Shown here: piece after piece, positions 19,556 through 27,943 of the stretch
How positions within the stretch are numbered: the stretch's first letter is position 1
How the letters are laid out: every line of letters starts with the position of its first letter
Source: Candidatus Limnocylindrales bacterium
GTDB taxonomy: Bacteria > Chloroflexota > Limnocylindria > Limnocylindrales > CSP1-4
NCBI GenBank assembly: GCA_038230295.1
Contig: JBBRNM010000005.1
Coordinates: 779-64,778 of the forward strand
DNA: 64,000 nt
Direction of reading: 5' to 3'
Made by a program: the position numbers and the translations under genes
Notes under the pieces: generated by a model
Seen by the model: only the letters and a program-made list of their open reading frames with translations
Told to the model about the DNA's origin: nothing
Databases searched by the model: none

Positions 19556-20017
19556 TCACCAGAGCAGCGGCTTCGTGCTCATCAGGAACCCGACACCGCC
19601 GATGAGCCCGGCCATCACGTAGGAGAGGTACCGCTGCCTGCGGGCGCGAATGGCCCATGTGGCCGAATCCCCGGACGCCCGGAGCCCCAGCAGGGCTCGC
19701 AGCGCCGGGCGCTGGACGAAGAACGCGAGGCCGAGGTTGACGCCGTAGATCGCCAGGGCGAGCAACAGCCAGGGTCGCGAGAGGAGATCGAACCCGAGGG
19801 TCGCGAGCAGCGCCACCCCGGTGACCGCGAGCCCAAGCCCGATGATCGGCGTGCCGCGCGTCTGGAGGGTCAGGAGCAAGCCGCCCGAAGCGTCCTGGGA
19901 AGCGCCCGCCGCGGCCGATCGACGGCGCAGCGCAAAGGGCAATAGCAGCGACGGGACGAGCAGCGCCAACGCCAGCGCGACGTGGACGGCAATGAGCAGC
20001 GGCAGGAGGCTGGGCAT
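19556..20017 (-). CDS. small integral membrane protein
   Basis: 153 aa with four hydrophobic segments. No family recognised with certainty. Confidence 0.6.
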   Translation of the reverse strand: MPSLLPLLIAVHVALALALLVPSLLLPFALRRRSAAAGASQDASGGLLLTLQTRGTPIIGLGLAVTGVALLATLGFDLLSRPWLLLALAIYGVNLGLAFFVQRPALRALLGLRASGDSATWAIRARRQRYLSYVMAGLIGGVGFLMSTKPLLW

Positions 20018-20098
20018 CGGCCCGATTGTAGATGGGGCCCGGTTCAGGGCCGGCTCGGCCCAGTCAAGGACCGGTTAAGGCTGGCTGCCGTGCATCCG

Positions 20099-21022
20099 TC
20101 AGTGGGCGCGCCTGCCGGCGAGGGCGACCCACTCGTCGTCGACCCAGCGGTCCGTCACGGTCAGCCCGGCACCCAGGAACGCCTCGCGAACCGCCGCCTC
20201 CCGATCCGCGAAGATCCCCGAGACGAGCCATCGACCATCGGGTCGAAGCTCGCCCGCGAGATCGGCGGCCAGCGTGATCAGCACCGAGGCGATCAAGTTC
20301 CCGATGACGAGGTCGTACGGGCCGTCGCCGCTCGGCAGGCTTCCGAGGCGGGGTCGGATCCGGTTCGCGAGCCGGTTCCGGCGAGCATTGGCCGTCGTCG
20401 CGTCGACCGCGATCGGGTCGATGTCGATGGCCGTGACGAAGCCTGCTCCAAGGAAGGCGGCGGCGATCGACAGGATCCCCGACCCGCAGCCGACGTCGAG
20501 CGCCCGGTCAACGTCGAGCGCGCCGGCGTCGGCGAGCGCCTCGAGTCCCGTCAGGCAGAGTCGGGTGGTCGGGTGGAGGCCCGTCCCGAACGCCATGCCC
20601 GGATCGAGGGCGAGCACGATCTCCTCGCCTGTGCGCCGGTGGCGGCGCCAGGACGGACGGATGACGAAACGCCGCCCGATCCGCATGACCGGGAAGTGGG
20701 CCTTCCAGGCTTCCGCCCAGTCGGCCTCGGCGACGAAGCGCGTCGCTAGCGGCCCGATCGGTCGAAGGCCAAATGCGCTGAGATGCCCCAGGGCGCGAGC
20801 GGCGCCGGCCGCCAGGCCCTCGGCGGCACCCGGGTCCGTTATCGGGACGTAGGCGCGGACGATCGCCGGGCGGCTCCGATCGATCCGTGCGGCAAGGCCT
20901 TCGTCGACGAGCTCGAAGCCCGGTTCCACGCTCGTGCCGCCGGGCGCCACGCGGGCGAGGATCTCACTGACCGCCTCGACGGCCTCGAGGTCCGCCTCCA
21001 CCGACAACTCGAGCCACGTCAC
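20099..21022 (-). CDS. prmA: ribosomal protein L11 methyltransferase
   Basis: 307 aa with the SAM-binding motif DVGCGSGILSIAAAFLGA, coupled downstream of dnaJ. Confidence 0.88.
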   Translation of the reverse strand: MTWLELSVEADLEAVEAVSEILARVAPGGTSVEPGFELVDEGLAARIDRSRPAIVRAYVPITDPGAAEGLAAGAARALGHLSAFGLRPIGPLATRFVAEADWAEAWKAHFPVMRIGRRFVIRPSWRRHRRTGEEIVLALDPGMAFGTGLHPTTRLCLTGLEALADAGALDVDRALDVGCGSGILSIAAAFLGAGFVTAIDIDPIAVDATTANARRNRLANRIRPRLGSLPSGDGPYDLVIGNLIASVLITLAADLAGELRPDGRWLVSGIFADREAAVREAFLGAGLTVTDRWVDDEWVALAGRRAH

Positions 21023-22125
21023 GCGCGCTTGTCTCGGAGCCGGCCGAGTAGGCCCGTCCCGTCCGTCACCGGCTCATCGGAGGCCGTCGCGTAGGCGTGC
21101 AATGCCTCCCGCTGGGCCTTCGAGAGCTTGGCCGGGACCGCCACCTCGACGACGACGTGGAGGTCTCCGCGGACGCCACCGCGGCGAAGGTGTGGCACGC
21201 CGCGACCGCGGAGCCGGATCTCGGTTCCGGGCTGCGTGCCCGGCTTGACCTCGACCTCCTCGCTGCCTTCGACGGTCGGCACCTCGATCCGCGTCCCGAG
21301 GGCTGCTTGGGCGAGGCCGATGTTCGCCTCGTAGACCAGCTCGGTCCCCTGGCGCCGCAGGGACGGATGGCTGCCGATGTGGACGGCGATGTAGAGGCTG
21401 CCGGCCGGTCCGCCCCGTGGCCCGACCTCGCCCTCGTTGGAGAGTCGGATCTGGTGGCCCTCGTCGATCCCGGCGGGTATCGTGACCCGGAGGCTCCGCG
21501 GCCGTTCCGTTCGGCCCTCGCCGCGGCACGTCTCGCATGGCGCCTCGATGATCCGACCGTCGCCGCGGCACTGGGGGCAGGTCGTCACGTTGACCATCTG
21601 GCCAAGCATCGTCTGGCGGACCGCCCGAATCTCGCCGCGACCATTGCATTGCGGACAGGTCGTCGCCTGCGTGCCGGGCTTGGCCCCGTTCCCGCCGCAC
21701 GTCTCGCAGCGCCCCAGGACGGGAAACTCGATCTCCTTCGCGGTCCCGAGAATCGCCTCCTCGAAGGTGATCCGGAGGTCGTAGCGGAGGTCGGAACCCG
21801 AAGGCGGCCGGCCTCGACGCGTCCCGCCCTGGGCCCCGCCGAAGAATGCGTCGAAGATGTCGGCGAAGCCGCCGAAGCCCGCGGCCGGATCGGCCCCGAG
21901 GCCTGCCGCGCCGAAGAGGTCGTAGCGCTGCCGCCGCTCCGGATCGGAGAGGACCTGGTAGGCCTCGTTCAGCTCCTTGAACCGCTCGGCCGCGGCGGGA
22001 TCGGCGCTGACGTCCGGGTGCCACTGCTGGGCGAGGCGCCGGAAAGCCTTCTTGACCTCGCCGTCGGAAGCGCCTCGCTCGATCCCGAGGACGGCGTAAT
22101 AGTCGAGCGTTGCCATGTCACTCAA
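21019..22125 (-). CDS. dnaJ: molecular chaperone DnaJ
   Basis: J-domain DYYAVLGIERGASDGEVKKAFRRLAQQWHPD and four CxxCxGxG zinc-finger repeats. Confidence 0.95.
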   Translation of the reverse strand: MSDMATLDYYAVLGIERGASDGEVKKAFRRLAQQWHPDVSADPAAAERFKELNEAYQVLSDPERRQRYDLFGAAGLGADPAAGFGGFADIFDAFFGGAQGGTRRGRPPSGSDLRYDLRITFEEAILGTAKEIEFPVLGRCETCGGNGAKPGTQATTCPQCNGRGEIRAVRQTMLGQMVNVTTCPQCRGDGRIIEAPCETCRGEGRTERPRSLRVTIPAGIDEGHQIRLSNEGEVGPRGGPAGSLYIAVHIGSHPSLRRQGTELVYEANIGLAQAALGTRIEVPTVEGSEEVEVKPGTQPGTEIRLRGRGVPHLRRGGVRGDLHVVVEVAVPAKLSKAQREALHAYATASDEPVTDGTGLLGRLRDKRA

Positions 22126-22156
22126 GGATACGGGGGGCCCGGACTACCATGCCCGC

Positions 22157-22999
22157 ATGGTCCTCGATGGGCTGCCCCGCCTGACCGTCGCCCTGACGTT
22201 CGATCACGACGCGATGTCCGACAGCGTCCGCCGGGGGGACCCGCCGGTGAAGGTGTCGCACGGAGAGTTCGGGCCGCGAGTCGGCGCCCCCCGCATCCTC
22301 GAGGTCCTCGAGCGCGAGGCGATCGGCGCAACGTGGTTCGTCCCGGGCCACACCATCGCGACGTTCCCCGCATCGGTAGCCTCGATCGTCGAGCGCGGCC
22401 ATGAGCTCGCGACCCACGGCTGGTTCCACGAGGACTTCTCGACGCTCAAGGAGAAGGAGCAGCGGGCCGTCCTCGATCGCTCGATCGAGGCGATCACGAA
22501 GGCCACCGGCGCCCCGCCGACGGGCCACCGAGCGCCGTATTGGGCCCTGGGACCCGAGACCCTCGAGCTCGTCGAGGCGGCCGGCTTTCGTTACGACAGC
22601 TCGCTCATGTGGGACGACTACCGCCTCGCTCGCGTTCGGCATGGCGATCGACACTCGACCGATGACGGAACGACGTTCGGCCGCGAAGGCTCGCTCGTCG
22701 AGGTGCCCATCTACTGGGCGCTCGACGATTGGCCATTCTTCGAGCCGGGGCCGGGCCGTGACGGGCTGTCCGCGCCGTCACGGGTCCTCGAGATCTGGCT
22801 CGCCGAGCTCCACTATGCCTACGACCACGCGCCCGGCGGATTGCTGACCGTGACGATGCACCCGGAGTGCATCGGCCGAGGCCACCGGATGACGATCCTC
22901 GAGACCCTCATTGCCGAGGCCAAGGCGCTCGATGGCGTCGTCTTCGACCGCCTCGACCACTACGTCGACCGGTGGCTCGTCCAGTCGGTGGGCCAATAG
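22157..22999 (+). CDS. polysaccharide deacetylase (CE4) family protein
   Basis: ORF 22115..22999. I prefer ATG 22157 because 22115 would overlap the divergent dnaJ start. Motifs: TFDHD and ATHGWFHED. Confidence 0.75.
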   Translation: MVLDGLPRLTVALTFDHDAMSDSVRRGDPPVKVSHGEFGPRVGAPRILEVLEREAIGATWFVPGHTIATFPASVASIVERGHELATHGWFHEDFSTLKEKEQRAVLDRSIEAITKATGAPPTGHRAPYWALGPETLELVEAAGFRYDSSLMWDDYRLARVRHGDRHSTDDGTTFGREGSLVEVPIYWALDDWPFFEPGPGRDGLSAPSRVLEIWLAELHYAYDHAPGGLLTVTMHPECIGRGHRMTILETLIAEAKALDGVVFDRLDHYVDRWLVQSVGQ

Positions 23000-23017
23000 C
23001 CCGCGGGTAACCCGGCG

Positions 23018-23719
23018 TCAGGCTCTCGGGGAACCGAGACCCGCCAGGATGCGGGCGCGGAGCAGCACATCCCGCACCATCGGCGCCGTGAGCCGGCCCG
23101 TGAAGGTGTTCTGCTGGCTGGGGTGGTAGCTCCCGATCACGGTCCACGGTCCGACGAGCGCCTCGGCGCCGTGGCCGAATCGCGGCAGCGGACGCGAGGC
23201 GGGATGGCCGAGGCTCGCGAACGCCCGCAGCGCGGCGTCCCAGCCAAAGTGGCCGAGCGCCACCACGACGCGGCAGCGGTCCAGCGCGGCCAGCTCGCGA
23301 GCGAGGAACGGCGCGCAGTTGTCACGCTCGTCGATCGTCGGCTTGTTCGCAGGCGGGGCGCAGCGAACGGCGGCGGCGATTCGCGTGTCGAACAAGGTCA
23401 GGCCGTCGTCCGCTCGCCGGCTCGAGGGTCGGTCGGCCAGCCCCACCGCGTGCAGCGCGGCCCACAGGAAGTCGCCGCTCGCGTCGCCGGTGAAGACGCG
23501 ACCGGTGCGGTTGCCGCCATGGGCGGCCGGCGCGAGGCCGATGATCAGGATTCTCGCCTCCGGGTCGCCGAAGCCCGGGACCGGTCGGCCCCAATACGTC
23601 TCCTCGCGGTAGCGGGCCACCTTCTCGCGGGCGACGAGCTCGCGCCACGCGACGAGGCGGGGGCACCGGAAGCAGCCGACGATCTCGGCCTCGAGGGCCG
23701 CGAGCGCCTCCGCGCTCAC
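23018..23719 (-). CDS. udgB: uracil-DNA glycosylase, family 5-like
   Basis: GLAPAAHGGNRTGRVFTGD (Ala in place of the family-4 catalytic acid), HPSQQN, and N-terminal CFRCPRL Fe-S cysteines. Confidence 0.8.
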   Translation of the reverse strand: MSAEALAALEAEIVGCFRCPRLVAWRELVAREKVARYREETYWGRPVPGFGDPEARILIIGLAPAAHGGNRTGRVFTGDASGDFLWAALHAVGLADRPSSRRADDGLTLFDTRIAAAVRCAPPANKPTIDERDNCAPFLARELAALDRCRVVVALGHFGWDAALRAFASLGHPASRPLPRFGHGAEALVGPWTVIGSYHPSQQNTFTGRLTAPMVRDVLLRARILAGLGSPRA

Positions 23720-24537
23720 TACTTGAGCAAGAGCTTGTCGAGCCGGCGCGAGACGACGAACAGGCCGGCAAAGCCCATCACGAGCAGATAGGCCACGTGG
23801 ACGAGCAACCCCGGCCCGATGACGCCGAGCGCGAGCGAGCGGATGAGGTCGACGCCGTGGTACAGCGGCGTCAGCTGGACGATCGCCTGGAGGATCGGCG
23901 GGTAGGTCGAGATCGGGTAGAACGTCGCCGAGAACAGGAACAGGGGCAGCAGGATGAGCTGGATGAGATCGAAGTCCTGCCAGCTCCGCACGAAGGTGGT
24001 CGCGGCCATCCCGACCGCGGCGAACGCGAACCCGATCAGCATCGCCGCCGGGATCGCGAGCAGGAAGAACGGCGAGCGGAACAGCCCGAGCAGCAGGATC
24101 ACCAGCACGAACCCGATCGCGTAGAGCAGGCCCCGGAACAGGGCCCAGGCAATCTCGCCGAGCGCGATGTCGCCAACGCCGAGGGGGGTCGCGAGCATCG
24201 CGTCGTAGACCTTGTCCCAGCGCAGCTTGCCGTAGACGTTGAACGTGACCTCGAAGATCGCGCCGTTCATCGCGGAGGATGCGAGCAGGGCAGGCGCGAC
24301 GAAGAGCTGGTATGGCACCGGCTGCCCATCCGGCCCCGGGACCGAGCCGATGAGTGACCCGATCCCGAACCCAACCGCGAGCAGGTAGAACAGCGGCTCG
24401 AAGAAGCCCGACACGAGCACCAGCCAGGTCCGGCGATAGAGGTACAGGCTTCGCTCGAATGGATGGATTGCTCGACGGCTGCCGAACGGCACCGGCGGCA
24501 GGATCCGGGTCAACAGGGCGGGTCGCGAGGCGCTCAT
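23719..24537 (-). CDS. ABC-2 type transporter permease
   Basis: 272 aa with six hydrophobic helices. Paralogous to the next gene. Confidence 0.85.
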   Translation of the reverse strand: MSASRPALLTRILPPVPFGSRRAIHPFERSLYLYRRTWLVLVSGFFEPLFYLLAVGFGIGSLIGSVPGPDGQPVPYQLFVAPALLASSAMNGAIFEVTFNVYGKLRWDKVYDAMLATPLGVGDIALGEIAWALFRGLLYAIGFVLVILLLGLFRSPFFLLAIPAAMLIGFAFAAVGMAATTFVRSWQDFDLIQLILLPLFLFSATFYPISTYPPILQAIVQLTPLYHGVDLIRSLALGVIGPGLLVHVAYLLVMGFAGLFVVSRRLDKLLLK

Positions 24538-24547
24538 GTGAACGCGC

Positions 24548-25375
24548 TCACTTCGACAGCCGCCGATCGAACTGGACGAGGCAGGCGAAGAGCCCTGCGG
24601 CGATGAAGGCGAGCAGCACGCCGAGGTGGATCAACCCGGCCACGGGGTTTGCGCCGACCGTCCCGAGGGCCAGCGAGCGGCAGAGCGCGACGCCGTGATA
24701 CAGCGGCGTGAGCCACGCGATCGGCTGCAGGAAGCCGGGCAGCTGGTCCACCGGGAAGAACGTCCCGCTGAACAGGAACAGCGGCGTGATCCCGAACCGG
24801 AAGATGTAGTTGAACCGATTCATCGTCTTCTGGGTCGCGGCGTACGCGGCGATCGGCGTGGCGAAGGCGAGGCCCGTGAGCGTCGCCACCGGGATGGCGA
24901 GGATGACGAGCGGCGAATAGATGGCCCCGAACGGGATCATGACGAGCACGAAGATCGCGCCGACGAGCGTGATTCGCGTCGCCGTCCAGCCGATCTGGCC
25001 GAGCGCGATCTCGCGGGGCTGGAGCGGCGTTGCATGCATCGCGTGGTAGCGCTTCGTCCAGACGAAGCCGGCCATGATCGGAAAGGTGGCCTCGAACGAC
25101 GCCGTCTGCATGACCGCAGCCGCGAGCAGGCCCGGCGCGAGGAAGGCGAGGTAGGGCACACCCAGGGCTCCGCCGCCGCCCTTGTCGACGTAGCTGCCGA
25201 GGCCGACGCCCATCGCCAGCAGGAAGAGGATCGGCGAAAGGAACGAGTTGAAGATCGAGCCGCGCCAGGTGCGGCGATACAGAAGGAACTGGTGCTCGTA
25301 GACGCGTGAGATCCGAGCGAGCATCGAGTCGATCGCCGGCTCCGTCGTGGGCCGCTCCCCGGTCCAGGCGGTCAC
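24548..25375 (-). CDS. ABC-2 type transporter permease
   Basis: Trimmed from the 24548..25693 ORF. GTG 25375 overlaps the ATPase stop (GTGA) and gives an N-terminus co-linear with the paralogue. ATG 25324 is an alternative. Confidence 0.8.
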   Translation of the reverse strand: MTAWTGERPTTEPAIDSMLARISRVYEHQFLLYRRTWRGSIFNSFLSPILFLLAMGVGLGSYVDKGGGGALGVPYLAFLAPGLLAAAVMQTASFEATFPIMAGFVWTKRYHAMHATPLQPREIALGQIGWTATRITLVGAIFVLVMIPFGAIYSPLVILAIPVATLTGLAFATPIAAYAATQKTMNRFNYIFRFGITPLFLFSGTFFPVDQLPGFLQPIAWLTPLYHGVALCRSLALGTVGANPVAGLIHLGVLLAFIAAGLFACLVQFDRRLSK

Positions 25376-26379
25376 TCGATGAGGCTCCGACCGGTGAGCC
25401 GCAGGAAGACGTCCTCGAGGGTCGATCGGCGGACGAGCACCGTCTCCGGCCGGAGGCCACGCTCGTGGGCCGCGACGGCCGCGGCCTCGCCGTCGTCCGT
25501 GTACAGGAGCACGCGGTCCGGCAGGCGCTCCACGCGTTCGGCCAGCCCGTCGAGCTCGTCGCCGAGGCCGTCCTGGACCGCCGGATCGAAGCGCATCTCG
25601 GTGACCTCCCGGGTCGAGTAGCGCTCGATGAGCTGGCGCGGCGATCCCTCGGCGACGATCTTGGCCTTGTCCATCACGACGAGGCGGTCGCACAGCTGCT
25701 CGGCTTCGTCCATGTAGTGGGTGGTGAGGACGAGGGTGACGCCGCGTTGCTTGAGCCGGTAGAGGCGGTCCCAGACCATGTGCCGGGCCTGCGGGTCGAG
25801 GCCGGTTGTCGGCTCGTCGAGGAGCATCAGGTCCGGCTGGTTGATCAGCGATCGGGCCACGGACAACCGGCGCTTCATGCCGCCCGACAACGGCTCGACC
25901 TGGTCGTTTGCTCGCTCCGTGAGCTGGACGAAGTCAAGGAGCTCCTTTGCGCGCCGGCGGGCCTCCCCGCGCGACAGCCCGAAATAGCGCCCGTAGATCA
26001 TCAGGTTGTCCTCGACGGTGAGCTCCGTATCGAGGGTGTCCTGCTGCGGCACGACGCCGATCCGGGCCCGGATTCGCGGACCGTCGCGCTCGGGATCCAT
26101 CCCGAGGACCGTGAGCTCGCCGTCAGTCACCGGCGAGACGCAGCCGATCATCCGCATCGTCGAGGTCTTCCCTGCGCCGTTCGGTCCGAGGAACCCGAAC
26201 GCCTCGCCCGGAGCGACGTCGAACTCGATGCCGTCCACGGCCGTGAACTCGCCGAACCGCTTCGTGAGCGCACGCGCCCGGATGAGGGACGGCGTAGCTG
26301 ATTCGGCGGTGGCGCGGTCAGGCGCCGCCACGGCGGTCGATCCGATCATGGGCCCAGATGCTACCCGAGCCGATGCCAA
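25372..26379 (-). CDS. ABC transporter ATP-binding protein (DrrA/NodI-like)
   Basis: Walker A GPNGAGKTST, signature LSGGMKRRLSVA, Walker B LMLLDEPTTGLD. Confidence 0.92.
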   Translation of the reverse strand: MASARVASGPMIGSTAVAAPDRATAESATPSLIRARALTKRFGEFTAVDGIEFDVAPGEAFGFLGPNGAGKTSTMRMIGCVSPVTDGELTVLGMDPERDGPRIRARIGVVPQQDTLDTELTVEDNLMIYGRYFGLSRGEARRRAKELLDFVQLTERANDQVEPLSGGMKRRLSVARSLINQPDLMLLDEPTTGLDPQARHMVWDRLYRLKQRGVTLVLTTHYMDEAEQLCDRLVVMDKAKIVAEGSPRQLIERYSTREVTEMRFDPAVQDGLGDELDGLAERVERLPDRVLLYTDDGEAAAVAAHERGLRPETVLVRRSTLEDVFLRLTGRSLIE

Positions 26380-26451
26380 CTGCCCGTCATGGCCGCCGAG
26401 CGCAGCCCCGTCGGCACGACCATCGTTCGCATCGCCCGGCGCTGACGGCTC

Positions 26452-27057
26452 ATGATGCGGGTCTTCGGCCGGGACCGGCCGGGCATGATCTTGAGGTCAA
26501 GCGTGCGGATTCACCCCGTCCTCCGGCCGGCCCTCGTCATCCCGGCCCTCGGAACGGTCGTGCTCGACCAGGCCGCAAAGGCGCTCGTCGTCGCCCTGAT
26601 CCCGGGCATCGCGGCCCCGCACGAGACGCCCGTCGTGGGCGCGATCCTCATTCCCGGCTTCCTGACCCTCGAGGCCGGTGCGAACGCAGGCCTGGCCCTC
26701 GGCGAGGCGCCGGGCACGGGCTTCCTCGCCGCAAACCTGACGCTCTTGGTCATTCTCGCCGTGATCGTCGATCTCGCGCTCGCCGGCGACGTCCTGCCGC
26801 GCCGACTGAATGTGGCGATGGGCCTGATCGTCGGCGGTGCGCTGGGCAATCTGATCGACCGCGTCCGACTGGGGTATGCGATCGACTACATCGCTGTGCA
26901 CCTGCCGGTCCTCGACCGGCTGATCTTCAATCTGGCCGACCTGGCCGTCGTGATGGGCCTCGCGGCGGTGCTGCTCATTGGCCCGTGGCCGTGGCTCCGG
27001 TACTGGAGCGCCCTTCAGGCGGAAAGGAGGATGGCCGACCGCCGAGGGACCAGATGA
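26452..27057 (+). CDS. lspA: lipoprotein signal peptidase II
   Basis: 201 aa with NLIDR and FNLADLAV motifs and four TM segments. Confidence 0.88.
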   Translation: MMRVFGRDRPGMILRSSVRIHPVLRPALVIPALGTVVLDQAAKALVVALIPGIAAPHETPVVGAILIPGFLTLEAGANAGLALGEAPGTGFLAANLTLLVILAVIVDLALAGDVLPRRLNVAMGLIVGGALGNLIDRVRLGYAIDYIAVHLPVLDRLIFNLADLAVVMGLAAVLLIGPWPWLRYWSALQAERRMADRRGTR

Positions 27058-27069
27058 AGCCCTAGAGGC

Positions 27070-27168
27070 TCACAACCGCAGTCGAGGCGCAGCCACAACG
27101 ACGAACACCACCACGACGACGATCGCGCTCAGGATCCACATGTTTCGCGGATTGCGCAGCGCGTCCAT
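27070..27168 (-). CDS. 32-aa single-pass membrane peptide (paralogue 1)
   Basis: Below the ORF-track length cut-off. ATG 27168 to TGA 27070 encodes MDALRNPRNMWILSAIVVVVVFVVVAAPRLRL, with GAGGGA 6 nt upstream. The paralogue 0.3 kb away differs mostly by synonymous or conservative changes. Confidence 0.6.
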   Translation of the reverse strand: MDALRNPRNMWILSAIVVVVVFVVVAAPRLRL

Positions 27169-27363
27169 TGGCCATCCCTCGTGTGGGAGGCTTGATCAAC
27201 CGCTGGCAGCGCGATGTCAATGCGATTCGGGATGGACGCCGGCGCCCATCGCGGGCGAGCGAACGCAAGGGACGAGCCGCGCCGCAGCTCGCGGGTCAGG
27301 GGGCGCCGCGGCCGCGTCGCCTGAGCGCCCGCGGCGACCCGGTTTGACGGTGCCTAGCCCGAA

Positions 27364-27462
27364 CTAGCGCATGCGCGCGGCGACGACGACGACAAACACG
27401 ACAACGACGACCAGGGCAATGAGTAGCCACGTCGCATTTCGGGAATTCCGTAGGTTGTCCAT
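27364..27462 (-). CDS. 32-aa single-pass membrane peptide (paralogue 2)
   Basis: ATG 27462 to TAG 27364 encodes MDNLRNSRNATWLLIALVVVVVFVVVVAARMR. There is a strong AAGGAGGG Shine-Dalgarno sequence 7 nt upstream. Confidence 0.65.
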   Translation of the reverse strand: MDNLRNSRNATWLLIALVVVVVFVVVVAARMR

Positions 27463-27529
27463 GCTCGATCCCTCCTTGCAGACGTGATAGACGCCGCGGG
27501 CTCGGATGTCAATCCGGCAAGCCGTCGTC

Positions 27530-27835
27530 TTATGGGGCGCCGCTCGAGGACGCCCGGTCGATCTGGATGACGGACAGGATGTTGCCGGCCGGGTCCTTGA
27601 ACCAGGCGATCGGCGGTGGGTACTCGCGAGCGATCCCTCGCTCGTCCTGGCCGAGCCCCTCGTAGCGCTCGAAGGTGATCCCCGCGGCCACGAGCTTGTC
27701 GACCGCGGCGTCGATGTCCTCGACCGGGAAGTTCAGGACCGTGAACGTGGCCGGCTCGTGGTTGTCCTTCCGGTAGATGACGGCCGCGCCGCCACCGGCA
27801 AAGGACACGTTGAGGACGCCCATTTGCTCGGCCAC
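27530..27835 (-). CDS. VOC (glyoxalase/bleomycin-resistance fold) family protein, start codon unresolved
   Basis: The tracked ORF starts at GTG 27835. The same frame is open and VOC-like for 31 more codons ([31 protein letters not shown]) back to a TGA at 27931-27929, with no ATG, GTG or TTG. An AGGAGG-preceded ATG at 27918 is one base out of frame. Confidence 0.6.
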   Translation of the reverse strand: MAEQMGVLNVSFAGGGAAVIYRKDNHEPATFTVLNFPVEDIDAAVDKLVAAGITFERYEGLGQDERGIAREYPPPIAWFKDPAGNILSVIQIDRASSSGAP

Positions 27836-27943
27836 GTCGAGGCCGAGCGTCTCGCCATAGAAGGCTCTCGCCTTTTCGATGTCGTTCGTCGAAAAGCCCG
27901 AGAACGCGTGGCTGTCATGGAGCGTGGGTCACCTCCTGGCCGT

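Noticed and set aside
22106-22126. An HspR-type HAIR operator at the dnaJ start, because an ACTCAAG half-site is present at 22120-22126.
   Set aside because: The partner half-site 7 nt upstream reads AGCGTTG rather than CTTGAGT, so only one half matches.
27192-27220. A sigma-70-type promoter for small ORF 1, based on a perfect TTGACA at 27220-27215 on the minus strand.
   Set aside because: The best -10 hexamer at 16-17 nt spacing (GATCAA or TGATCA) matches TATAAT at no more than 3 of 6 positions. That is too weak to call without transcript data.
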